Shown one piece after another: positions 15,841 through 28,286 of a DNA stretch of 64,000 nt. Each line of letters starts with the position of its first letter. Within the stretch, counting starts at the first letter, position 1. A model generated the notes under the pieces. The model was not told the origin of the DNA. It did not search any database and was given only the letters and a program-made list of their open reading frames with translations. Both the position numbers and the translations under genes were made by a program. This DNA is from Schmidtea polychroa. Taxonomy: Eukaryota. The stretch is from assembly GCA_044892525.1 (NCBI GenBank), contig CM097885.1:202244001-202308000 (forward strand), in the 5' to 3' direction.

Positions 15841-16973
15841 CAGGTCTGCGGAGATGGAGTCGGAAAAAAATGTAACGACTCCAACTCTGATTCCAGATTT
15901 CATTAAAATGGGAAATAAGAATTTCTGAGATCGTGCTCGTCAAATATACAATAGTTCAACCAAGGTCTCTTAAGAGTATATATATAATTGCAGCTGCGCA
16001 CCAAATCAACAATAATAACAAAATCACCTGAAACGATTTTAAATAAACAATTTAAAATAATTTGCACTCTTAATATAATCTGGTAATATGTAAAATGTGT
16101 GGACAATAGACAATATTGCTGTTTTTGTTGGTGTGGTGTGGGCCTGAAGGTTACAAGTATATGCGATTTTTGAATCACGGAATAGAAATATTGAATGTTA
16201 TAATGACAGCTCGGAATTTCCTTTGAAAAATGAAGAAGTAAACTTCAAAATATATTTGGATAAATTTTAACTTTCAAAGAAGAAGCGGAGACGTTTAAAT
16301 GAAATAACGGTACTAACAAATGTCGCAAAAAATTTTTAACATTTTTTAAACGGATTATTTGAAAAATATGACCATTTGTTATAATTGAATATTGAAGAAG
16401 CCATGGGAATTTACCCAGAAATTATTCACGAGACGGCTAAATCTATTGTGTATATGCCAGGAACACAAGTCAGCCTTGAAAATAATTAAAATGGATTTTA
16501 GGGCATCTATAAAAGAGGATTTAATTGAATCCATTCTGTATCTTATAACCATTTAGTAATATGCCGAATTTATTTTAAATGAAAAATTATAGAAGGAATA
16601 ACAATTTAATTTTCTTTTACACCGAAACTGGAGTCTGTTTTGTTTTAGTACTGTTTTAGTTCTGTAAATAGCTCGATTTTATTTATTTAAAAATAAATTA
16701 TTTTCTTACTATTAGGTTAATTAATCCTTTTCCCACTCGTTTTCTTCTTTAAATACTTTGATTTTCAAAAGGTAACACTGAAGGAAAAAGTGAAGGGAAA
16801 ATCATGATTAAAAATAGCAACTTTCAACTCACCTAAAATCTCTAATTTCCCACAATATCTTTATATTTATTTTCATTTTCATTAACACATCATAAAATCA
16901 AAACACCTATTTAAGTTTGTAGAGTTGGTGTTGGAGTTGGAGTCGAATGTTTTTTATCGACTCCACAGCCCTG
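15841..16973. mobile_element. hAT non-autonomous element (1133 bp)
   Basis: TIRs CAGGTCTGCGGAG / CAGGGCTGTGGAG, subterminal GGAGTCG/GGAGTTG repeats, perfect 8-bp TSD GTATAATC at 15833-15840 and 16974-16981. Confidence 0.87.
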
Positions 16974-19400
16974 GTATAATCAATAAATTTATTAGCCCAT
17001 TTGTAGTTAGTATTCCCAAAGGATTTATTATAGTTGATATAAAGTTTAAAAAGTTATTAATTCTAACACTGGTTTGACATTTAACATCAAGGCAGGATTG
17101 ACCCAGAGGAATACATGGATAAAATTAGAAAAAATTAAATTAGTAACAAAACAAATCGATATAAAATTAACAAATGATGAGGTTGTATATAGTATTATTT
17201 ATTTATATATATAAGCAGCGTTTATAAATGAGTGACATGGTCAATACCAGGTTATGAGTCTTTTAACGTGGGTGCGATCAACACGATAGATAAAATTTGA
17301 TAAAATCTTTTGACTATTTTTGTCTTCTTGTTTTTCAAGTACAATAGTTTTTAAGGTTTGCTTTATCTGACATCATTTTCTTAACTAATCAATTCAATAC
17401 CGTACAATTAAATTGTGATTATTGCTTTTGGAATTAAATTAGCTGATTAACTATAAGTTAAATGTATTGAAGATTTTTTTTTAGTTTTTGATTTATAGTC
17501 TGACTTACTTTAGCCAGTTTTCCTGGTATTAAACATGCTCTAGGTTCACGTCTAGTTAGTATAGTTTAATTCTAAAATTTACTATTCATAAAAATTTGTA
17601 ACATTAAAAGAAAATATATTATTTCTAGATGTTATAATAATAGTCTGTTAATCAATATTTTGTTTTAATCTTCTGAGTTGTGAAAATTCACAGAGAACTT
17701 GTCTTTGACTTTTGACATAATTTAGATTTTTCACTGAAAAAATTATTATTATAGATTAAATTTAATGACAAATTTGGTTAATCTCTAAATTTATATATGT
17801 TTTAGTTTTCAAGTAGTAATTTTCGATTAGTAATTTATTATTCATTTCTTTCATACTCCAGTTTTACTTTCACTTTTTCGGCAGTTTCTAGTATGAAATT
17901 GATGAGAAAATAAAGTGTGCAAATAAATCACTTGAAGTTTATTGAAATTTCATTTATTTTCATTTTGACAAAAGATCAAATATGTTATTATACTCAATAC
18001 AAATTTCCGACTTAGGCGTTATCGATAACACTCAATAAAACATTTTTAATATTTTTGTTGCCGAATTATTTGTTTTAATTTCTCATCTCAATTTGTACGT
18101 TTGTGTTGTATAAATTTAATGCTTTTTGAAATAATTTTGAAATGTTATACTTTATAATGTCGGCGTAATAATATCTTCCTATTTTGTGAAAATCTCGGTA
18201 AAAATATGCACTTAGATATTATTATCTATTGATTAGTTATAATGAAGTGTTCACTAGTGATATTTAATGAAAGTTGAAAATCGACACTGTAAGTGGATTT
18301 GTCCATACCATTATTGCACAGATGTCTTTGAAAGCATATTAGCGTCGCAAAGTAATAGAACAGATTAAAATTCCGTAAATCGATTTTAATAGTGATGACG
18401 GAACGGGTGAATGCATAGGCATCCCATTGCTATTCCGCTGTATTGGGTTATGTCAGTCATATCCCATTTATACTGATCAATAAATCCTAGATATTAATCA
18501 TTTTCTCTCATGGATGATTCGATGAGTAATTGAATTTCTCTTTCATTTACTTGTTGACAATTTGCATTGTCAATTCCGAATTATTCAATTAGATTTTTGA
18601 ATTTTGTTTCAAATTGTGTTGTTAATGATTTCAGTTGGCGCAATGACACGGTTTGTTTATTAATTCGGCACTCTGATTAATGCGTTTTGCAAATCACCAC
18701 CACTAGCAGCAGCATCGATAATCGAGCCAATGAGATCTACAATTTCAACAATGCTGACACGCAAATCATTATCAATCGATTAGCACATAAATTCTTTTAA
18801 AAATGTTTTATTCTCAGAAAAAATTATCTTTAGCTAAAATTTTATTATCAAATCATTATTACGGATTTATTTTGAGTCATTTTTATTTCAATACAAATCT
18901 TTTTAGAATAATCAATAAATTTTTTTTTGTAATCTGATATTTTAGTATTTTCAAATAAGACCTAACCTAATTATTGTTCTGACTTTATAATTTCTTTATG
19001 AAATATTTTATCACAAATATAGATTTTAGTTTTTACGAATTTAGTAAATAATTATAGTAATTATAATTATTTGCTTTGTTATTCTTTATCCCGATGCAAT
19101 TTTTATTTTACTACAATTTATATGTCCTATGATTGTAGTATTTATCACAATTTTCATCAATTTCACACAAGTAATTATTTAGTCTCCTTCAAATTCAATT
19201 ATTTAAACTTCGAAATTACTTTTGAATTTATAAATTTCTTTGAAGATTATTTTATTTATATCTTCGATCTAGCTCATTGAAAATTTTATAATTTCACAAT
19301 ACTTCAAAGTCGGAATTATTTATATAATTTTATCCCAAGTATACAGTTATGACTTACGGAAGTTAATATAATCTTTGTTATTTCAATTTTTGTTTTGTAG

Positions 19401-20342
19401 TTATCAAATCAATTTTAACCAAACTTCTCATCAAGATTTTGGGTTAAGCTATTGGATAAAGCATACAAATCCTCCTCCGTATGAACCAAAAGTTTCACAT
19501 TGCAATTCCCCCAAAAATTCAGCATTTAACCACAATTTGTCAGGCACACATAAACCTGTCGACAAAGCAATTACAAAACTTATATCAGATTCATCTTGTA
19601 AAGAAAATTCAAAAAAGCCAAAGCATAATTCAAAATCGAAAGGTAAACAAAAAGCCAAGGAAAAAAAACACACAAAATCTATTACCGCTGTTTCTTTATC
19701 ACATAGCTCAAAATCTAATTCCAGATCAAATTACAACATTCCACCTTTAAAAATACCAAAAGAAGTTGTAAAAAAATATCTCAAAACTCTCCCTCCATCA
19801 TGTTCGTCATCATCGTCATCATCGGAAGCAGAGTCACCACATAATCAAAATATCACTCATAATCTCGACAAAATTAAAAAGAAATCCAAATCTAAAACTT
19901 ATATATCAGATATGCCTTTATCAGACCACGATGATTCCAGCTGCCTTCAAAAGTCTTTCCTAAGTTCCAGTAATTCCAAACCACAATCAGTATATTCTCT
20001 ATCAACTGCTAGTCACGACAACATGCTTTTTACCATGACGATAGATAGTCAATTAGTTCATAATATCTCAAGTCTTCCTGTGATAAATAGTAATCCACCT
20101 GATTCATCTAAAATAATAACAGATTCTCTTCTATCGGGATCGAATGAAAACGATGCCTTAAAAACCTCTGGGAAGAGGGAAGTTGGAACTATGAAACACA
20201 ACATCATTAACAATAATATCAACGATGTTGTTAGAAAATCAGAACGAAATGAAAATCAAATTTGTCTTTCAACAAACTGTGATAAACAAGACTTGAAAAT
20301 CGATAAAATTAATGACAATGATGACCAAATTGAAAACTTTGA
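19401..20342 (+). CDS. internal coding exon of a host gene; Ser/Lys-rich low-complexity, nuclear-protein-like
   Basis: Open frame of about 314 codons between acceptor ttttgtag (19400) and donor GA|gtaagt (20343); phase 2 at both ends. Confidence 0.72.
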
Positions 20343-21025
20343 GTAAGTTAAGTCATTAATAAAGATTTTTCATTCTAAAATTTGGATGGTTTTTAACGAT
20401 ATCGTGGTCAGCTAATATACTTCTATTATAAGTTTTTGTATATCTTCTATGTGGATTGTTCTTTTACATTTGTTTTCTTATAGTCACTGCTATTGAGAAA
20501 TTGTCATTTATTTTAATAATAATTTTTGATAAAACATTTAACGGTGCCAAGAATTCTAGTTAATTATAGAACCAAATATTGATCAACTGCTTGAAAAAGA
20601 AACTAAAATAAAGTAAATTGAGGATAAATCGATAGTAAATATAAAAATTAATTTGATAACAATGAAAATTTTAACTTAGCATTCATATAATGATACCGGA
20701 ATAGATTAATTTTATGCATGGTTTTATGTGCTGGTCTGAAATATTCAAATAATAAGGCAAACAATGAATTTTTTGTTTTCTCTTGTAATAAAAAATAAAT
20801 CAATAAATGAAAAAACATCCAAATAAACCACGTTTGAATATTGATAAGTTTATTGGAAACTTCCTTGATTCTGCTAAACGGTCGTTTGAGAAATAACATT
20901 TCTTGCTCATGTTCCGATTATTAGACACCAATTGGAATTTTAATTAATAGCCGCCGTATGTAAAATTGAGTTGATTTTATTTGCTGCCTCATTATGTGGC
21001 GGTTATTAATTGATTTATTTCACAG

Positions 21026-21238
21026 ATCAACCAATCAATTATCAGCTGTCAATAACAGAAAACGAGTACTCAATCAAAGATCTGAATGCGACCAAGAAAT
21101 CGGAGTTGCTGCCAAAAAACAAATGCTAGATTCTACGAATAGAAATAGTCAAATTTCTGATTATCAAAGAACCGCTGTATATTATTTGAAATTTTTAATG
21201 GAGAAAATGAAGAACTTTGAAGAAATGATTCATGAAAA
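21026..21238 (+). CDS. coding exon of the same host gene
   Basis: Acceptor tttcacag (21025), donor AA|gtaaat (21239); GA+A forms GAA in frame with the previous exon; open frame STNQLSAV...EEMIHE. Confidence 0.7.
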
Positions 21239-21681
21239 GTAAATTATTATATTATCATTGATGTTTATTTAACAATTAAATGAAGTTTTAAAAAAATAAA
21301 CAACTAGTTTATTTTAAAAAGTTTCTTTAATTAATGATAATCTGTGGTTAGTTACAAATTCATAATTTTGTCAATGAGTAGAGGATACGTTGTAGAAAAA
21401 TCCGTTTAAAAACATCACATACCTAACGAAGAATGTTATGATAAATCAATTTTAAACAAATATAGAAATCAATTTCTGTTTTAATAAAAAATAAATCATT
21501 AAATTAATTATTATTAATGAAGCGTTCGATATTTCTATATTTGTTCGTACATACTAATTTTTAATACATTTCCTATCATTTGTGTTAGGTTCCAAGTCTG
21601 ACGACTTGGATTTATGGTTAATAGCATTGGTGATTAGGTTTGATAGAATATCAAAGACATCTAAAATTTTCATGTCAGTAT

Positions 21682-21802
21682 CGAAAATTCGTGAATATCA
21701 AAAACATCAATATATTTACTGATTTATAGTCTTCAAGATCTTTTCAATAAATTCAATGGGAAAAAAATCAGTGGTGAAATTGGAAAAAAAGTTCTTATAA
21801 TT
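21682..21802 (+). repeat. repeat family 2, single-arm copy
   Basis: Aligns by eye with 22120-22241 and 36253-36393. Confidence 0.85.
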
Positions 21803-22027
21803 CTTAATGGTGTTTATTAATCTACGATGAGGTTTCATCCCACTCAGTAGAACTGTTACCATTGAGAATATGATACTTACGATTTTTTCGCTTTTATAGA
21901 GGTCTTTTTTAATAATTTAAGGTAGTTCTGATATCTAGTGATTACTACAACTTTATTAAATGGCATTAAAATGAATTGAATTGTGTAGATGCATTTGCAT
22001 AAAATTTTTAAATAATCATATTATATT

Positions 22028-22241
22028 ATTGAATTTATTTAAAAAGAGAGCTTGAAGACTATAAATCAGTAATATATCGATATTTTTTGATGCTCAAATT
22101 CACTTGAAAGAGGCAGTGCCGAAAATTCGTGAGTATCAAAAAACATCGATATATTACTGATTTATAGTCTTCAAACTCTCTTTTTAATAAATTCAATGAA
22201 AAAAATAATCAGTGGTGAAATTTGAAAAAAAGTTCTTATAA
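22028..22241. repeat. repeat family 2, hairpin copy
   Basis: Inverted arms 22028-22096 / 22130-22197 (3 substitutions, 1 indel), 33-nt loop. Confidence 0.88.
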
Positions 22242-24214
22242 TATTATAATTATTGATAAAATATAAAGCAAAGAATCATAATTAATATCATAATTAGAAT
22301 TCAATACAATTTATAAGTGAATAAAAAACTAATAATAACAATGGTTAATTAGTTTCGTGTTATATGAGACTTAAAAAAATTAAATTAGAAAATTACATCT
22401 TAAATTACGATAAATTGATAATAATTTATGAAAAATAAACATTCACAAGTTATATGCCAAATTATTTAACCATTAACCGTGAAATTTGAAAGATTTTAAA
22501 AACCGTGTAGTTGAACTAGTGTATAATTCGAGAGATATTAGTAATAATAATAATGAACTGCTAAAATAATAAGAAAAAAGTTTTGTTGTTAAGCGATGTC
22601 AAGGTTTATGTGTGATTGTTGCATTCGATTTGAAAAGTTAGAAAATAAATAGCAACCGTTTATTTAGTTTAATTCTATTTTAAATCTTTCCCGATTTTAA
22701 AAATATAAATTACGCCTAGCATATAATTAAAAATCCTTATCCAGAAGAAAGTTTGCAATATCGAAAGGTTGTGAACAAAATAATGTATCTCAATAGCAAT
22801 TACAGGATGTCAGGAAAGTTGCGAAAATTACTAGCAAAGCCGTGAGTGAATTCAATGGTTTAGAAATTGAAGACACAAGGCCGCTAAGAATGTAGTTCTG
22901 GAACTATAATTTATAATTTAAAATTTATTGGATTTATGAAAATTTATTTTGTACAAATTTTGTTGGATAACTTATTTAGGAAATTTAAAAAATTTATTAT
23001 AATTATTATTACTTAAAAAATTGTATGCTGGATAATCGATAGAGGGGGGGAATTATTTATAAAATTATAATACAAATAAATATTGTTAATAATTATTATT
23101 ACAACTAATTGCATTCTTTCTTTTACAATTGGTTTGGCAAATTTCTACAAATTGCACATTTAATTATTTTTTTAATGAAAATTATTATCGATTATTATGT
23201 GTTACACAGTATTAAATAAGCATATGCTAATAATTTCATGTCGTTACTTGCTCCACTTGTTAATTCTCAAATGTAATACGAAATTATTAGCATTGATTAT
23301 TATAATTATTAAATATATAATTTAATTTATCAATTATTAGTAATATTTTCTTTATTCATTAATTTGATAATGAAACAAATATTTCTTCACTTGAATTAAA
23401 TAATATTTTCTGCAATCAAGTGACATTTCTACATAATTTTCATTTGTTGTTTTGTTTATTGACAATTTTGAATCATGTTTCTTTAATAAATTTATTATCA
23501 ATAACACTTACTTTTGTTAAAAATAAAATATCTTATTTATTGACCTTTAACTAGTCGTACAGCAATAACCATTATTATGTTCTTGTTCGGTCATTTTGAA
23601 GCGAAACATAAGAGTTATCATTTTGACAAATATGAATTTTATGTTTGGATAGGAAGAGGATAAAATCATACTATAATACTTCAGTTGGTCTTTATTATTA
23701 ATAATAACAATAAATGAATTGATTGAACACATGAAATGTGGTATTTACAACCGGATCATATTGACCTGACTCGACTTTTATAATATTTTCAATTAAACTT
23801 TTATAATATTCTCTTGCTATCATTATAATAAAATTATTCATATATTAATTTTTGGAATATATGCTAAATAACAAATAATATATTTGTTAACATTAAAAAA
23901 TGTTATTAATACCCAATGTGGGCATAGTAACAATTGTTGGGAAGCTCATAAATCAATGAAATTAACATTAAATCACAAAAATCGATATTTATAATTAAAT
24001 ATATTTTCATTTATTGACTAAAATGGTAAAAAAAAACAATTTTCTATTAAACTAAAATAAAACCATTGAAAAACTACGAAAANNNNNNNNNNNNNNNNNN
24101 NNNNNNNNNNNNNNNNNNNNNNNNNNNNNNNNNNNNNNNNNNNNNNNNNNNNNNNNNNNNNNNNNNNNNNNNNNNNNNNNNNNNNNNNNNNNNNNNNNNN
24201 NNNNNNNNNNNNNN

Positions 24215-24399
24215 TTGGTAGCAGCATTTATTATTTAAAACAATAAAATGATAATTTAAGCCTTTTGCTGCAAATAATGTATTTAATGAAAGAATTTTCG
24301 ACTATACGATAGTCCTTGTCAATCTCCTCAAGGAGATTGACAAGGACTATCGTATAGTCGAAAATTCTTTCATTAAATACATTATTTGCAGCAAAAGGC
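24215..24399. repeat. long-palindrome repeat family 1, copy B (perfect hairpin, gap-bounded)
   Basis: Perfect 69-bp arms 24260-24328 / 24331-24399 with a 2-nt loop; N-gaps on both sides. Confidence 0.93.
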
Positions 24400-25137
24400 N
24401 NNNNNNNNNNNNNNNNNNNNNNNNNNNNNNNNNNNNNNNNNNNNNNNNNNNNNNNNNNNNNNNNNNNNNNNNNNNNNNNNNNNNNNNNNNNNNNNNNNNN
24501 NNNNNNNNNNNNNNNNNNNNNNNNNNNTGTTCCTAATGAGTCTCACCACTTGCTGTATTCACCATTCAATCATGCCCATTAAATAACAAAAATATACAAA
24601 ATAATTTCGGTGCATTCATTAAGAATGTTCCACATGGAAGGACAAGTGTTAAAACAAAGCGGATATTCAAGTTAATTATGTAATGAGGTCCTCCAAAAAT
24701 TAAAAAATAAATAATTTACATCTGTTGCTGACGTTTCTTATTTGTGTCGGAAACCATTTGACTTAGTTTTGCGGTCATACTTCAATAACTAATATATTCT
24801 TCGATCACAGTAAAAAGACTAATGTAATTGAGAGGAAAGTTTTTGTTATTAATGTAAAATAACATCATAAAAACTTAGATTCCTAATTCTAATAGTTGGT
24901 ATATAAATTTTAAACACCTATCAATATCGAATTACTCTTTGGTGAGGAGTTGAACAAAAAGTCATAATGTGTCAGTGGGATAAAAATTATCCTTTATAAG
25001 ATGAAGTCCTTAATATATGGGTCTTCATATTAATATTGATGTTTTATATATTAAAAAGCAATAACAACTTGATACAATTTAGTATTTTCCTGTGCATAAA
25101 TCTTACATAATGCTATTTTATTTCGATACCCTTATAG

Positions 25138-25456
25138 CAGTGCTTCTTAAACTTTTTTCATTCGCGACCCCATTAATGATTGTAAACCTTTTTTGCGACC
25201 CCTTATAATTTAAAATAAAGATATATAAATTTTTTGTGAAGATTTATTAATTAAGTAATAATATAAATACATATGACAAAATTGACGTTTCAGAGTTGGT
25301 CACTACGGACAAATTTCCATTTGCCTAATGAGTAGGGAAACATACGACAATTATGCAATTTTATGTATTTGAATATTTTATATAAAAATTTCGCGACCCC
25401 AATATTTCGCTAGGCGACCCCAAATGGGGTCGCGACCCATAGTTTAAGAAGCCCTG
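25138..25456. mobile_element. hAT (Charlie/Buster-like) MITE (319 bp)
   Basis: TIR CAG(T/G)GCTTCTTAAACT 15/16 identical, repeated GCGACCCC subterminal motifs, perfect TSD CCTTATAG at 25130-25137 and 25457-25464. Confidence 0.93.
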
Positions 25457-26328
25457 CCTTATAGTGTACATTTTTGGTTATTTGTCGTTATAATTCACTG
25501 TTGTAAAACTCGATAGATTAAAGAAATAAATAATTAAAATGATATGTTCTACCGAATAAAACTTGAGAATAATTTTCTAATAACATAATGATCAGTAATT
25601 CAGATAGAAAATAGTCATTCCTAGTAAATAATTACTGCTTGAATCTGGACAGGTGTCGGTGATAATTCACAGTAATGCTATCACAATATCAAATTTATCG
25701 AAGTTAATTAAATAAAAATTTAATATCACATTTAAATAAACATTTTCATTTTTTTGATAACATCATACCGACTTGATATCAATATTTATGTTGTATTCAG
25801 TATTCACCCAAAAATATTTGTACTAGTAACTATATTAACAACTATGGCAGTTCTGAGGTTTTGATCAATGTACAGTTTCTTCAACACGTTCGAAGTCAAT
25901 GTTCTTATCGTTCGGATTTGCCTCCATCATTTTATTATAAACTAAGATTGATCGCTATAATTAATACGTGACAAATTCTACAAAACATCAATATTCGAAA
26001 AATAAATTTTAATAATAAATTGTAATATGTAGACGTCTTGACCCGTAAGGAAGCAATCTATTTTCATGAATAAAAAAATCGAATATTCAAAATTGTTTGA
26101 ATTACAAAATAGCGAAATAATAGTTGCGTAAAAAAAATTCGTATAACAGTTAAATATTAGTTGTGGAATTTTGCAATATACAAATTGTGGAACAAAGTGA
26201 GAAAATCTTATGTTAGGTGTGAGGTGTTTTTAGCTGATAAATAATTGATTATTTAACCCTCTCCGTGTAAAAAATAATGCTGATATTTATAGTGACCCGT
26301 TCTATTCCCACAAAAACGGTTACAAAAT

Positions 26329-27232
26329 GTGCCTTCAGCTTCATCCCGATGGATTCAAAGCTGGAAAAGGGATGTTGAAGCATTCATTAAAGGATGCGAT
26401 AAATATTTTAAAGTGGTACAAATGCATACTTCAAGACAAGAAGTGATGATCGAATTACTGATCGATAAAGAAATCAGAGATATATATACAGGAGTTGACC
26501 AAAATATCAAATGTTATAAGGAAAGATTGCGGAAGGCATTCGTCAAGAAAACAAGTTTGGCAGAGGATTTCCAATCTGCTATGTCTTATAGACAAACGAG
26601 TGAGGAGTCCGATAAATATTTTACTATCATAAACGAGTTAGTCGATAAAATATTTGGGCATGAGTACAAAAAGGAAAGTTTAACAGAATATCTGCTGGCA
26701 CATTGTGCAACCGAGAAGACTTTAAAAGGAGAATTGTGTCTAAGTGACACCAAAGGAACAACAGAAGTGAAGAAAAAAATCAAAAAGTTACGAATCTCGT
26801 ATAGTTGCAGAAGAGATCTATGCAGTGAGAGAAAGGCCACAACAGAATATAGCAAGAAGTTACAGAGACGCGGTAACAAATCAAGCGAGAAATATTGTAT
26901 CACCAAAATATAATAGCGAGCCGAGAGAGTATGGAGAAGAAAGACCGAACAGAACTAAGAACGAATGTTGGACATGTCACAAGGTAGGACATTTGAGTAG
27001 AAATTGCATAACAAAGAAGGCAGTTACATGTTTTACATATGGAAGACAAGGACATGTAAGAATTCAGTGTCCACAGATGCAGAGAAAGGTAGTCGAATGT
27101 TATGCGTGTGGTACCCCGGAACACGTGAGAAGAGATTGTCAAAAAATAAGGTGTACGAGGTGTAGATTGGGAGGTCATAAAGAAGCAGATTGTTACACAA
27201 ATTTGGAGAAAATGAGATTGGAGATTCAATGA
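26329..27232 (+). pseudogene. gag: Gag with four CCHC zinc knuckles (frameshifted)
   Basis: ORFs 26329-26913 and 26825-27232; knuckles CWTCHKVGHLSRNC, CFTYGRQGHVRIQC (degenerate), CYACGTPEHVRRDC, CTRCRLGGHKEADC. Confidence 0.82.
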
Positions 27233-27499
27233 GAATTTTTGAAGACAACAAGAACGATACGAAGCAGGGCATGGTTATCAAGGAACTAGAAAGGATACAA
27301 GTCAAGTAGACAAGAGATACGTAGCATTCATAGACGAACCAATTGATGAAAGAATAGAAGATAAATACAGAGAATACCCAAATATCAACGCCCTGATAGA
27401 AGAGGAGATAGTCGGGGCAGTGTATTAAACAGCGATGCTGACTCCCAAATTATTAATTATTATAATAAAAATAAAATATCATGTATTATAGAAAAAGAT

Positions 27500-28039
27500 G
27501 TGAAAGATACAGAGGTAACGGAAGAAGAAAATAATGTAATAAGGAAAGTAAACATATTCATAAAAAAGGATTTTGCAGAAGTAGAAAGAGACAAAATACA
27601 AATACTCACATTTGATGAATGGAAAAATGATATTATTAGTTATGATAAAATGCAAGGCCGGCCAAGTGTAACTATTAGAATACAAGACCAGAATATGGAA
27701 TGGTTGCTCGATACAGGAGCTACAGTAAATGTCATGAGTTGGAGTAAATTTGAGAAACTTAAAGATGTAGAACTAACAACAACGACTGATATATTGAGAT
27801 GTGCAAATAATAGTGTTTTAGAAACGAAAGGTAAAGCAATATTAGAAATAGGAATAAATGGCAGGAAAAGAAGTGTAAAGTTTACGATAGTAAGATATAT
27901 GACTCCAGAGGTAATTGGTTGTATAGAGTTGCAAAAATCAATTTGGTATGCAACTAAAGTTGCCAGTAGAAGAGGTCGAGAAAACGAATATTTTGATATT
28001 TACAGAAACGATCAATCATCACTAGGAAGTTTTAAATGA
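27500..28039 (+). pseudogene. retroviral-type aspartic protease
   Basis: WLLDTGATVNVM catalytic motif followed by the ANNSVLETKG flap-like segment. Confidence 0.85.
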
Positions 28040-28040
28040 A

Positions 28041-28286
28041 GTGCTGGATAAAATTTGGAAGACAGGTCTTAGGATAAACCCTGAAAAGTGCCATATCCTT
28101 AAAGAGGAAGTCAAATTTTTAGGTCACATAATCAACAAAGATGGAATACAGACGGACCCGTCAAAGCTAGACGCAATTAAACCATTTGAAAAGCCAAAAA
28201 GTGTTGAGAATCTGAGAAGCTTCCTAGGAATATGCAATTACTACAGAAGATTTATAAAGGAATACGCAAAAAAGGCAAGAGTTTAA
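28041..28286 (+). pseudogene. pol: Ty3/Gypsy reverse transcriptase C-terminal fragment
   Basis: GLRINPEKC, VKFLGHII and LRSFLGICNYYRRFI motifs; the YxDD region is deleted. Confidence 0.88.

Larger units (their letters stand above)
26290..28286 (+). mobile_element. degenerate, internally deleted Ty3/Gypsy LTR retrotransposon
   Basis: Ordered gag (CCHC knuckles), protease (LLDTGA) and RT C-terminal remnants; PBS-like tagtgacccg just upstream of gag; no paired LTRs recognised. Confidence 0.85.

Noticed and set aside
18340-18800. Slightly GC-richer, coding-looking stretch
   Set aside because: Every frame tried has stops, and no motif or clean splice sites were found.
19449-19750. ORFs 19449-19673 (-) and 19481-19750 (+) as separate genes
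   Set aside because: Shadow frames of the 19401-20342 exon.
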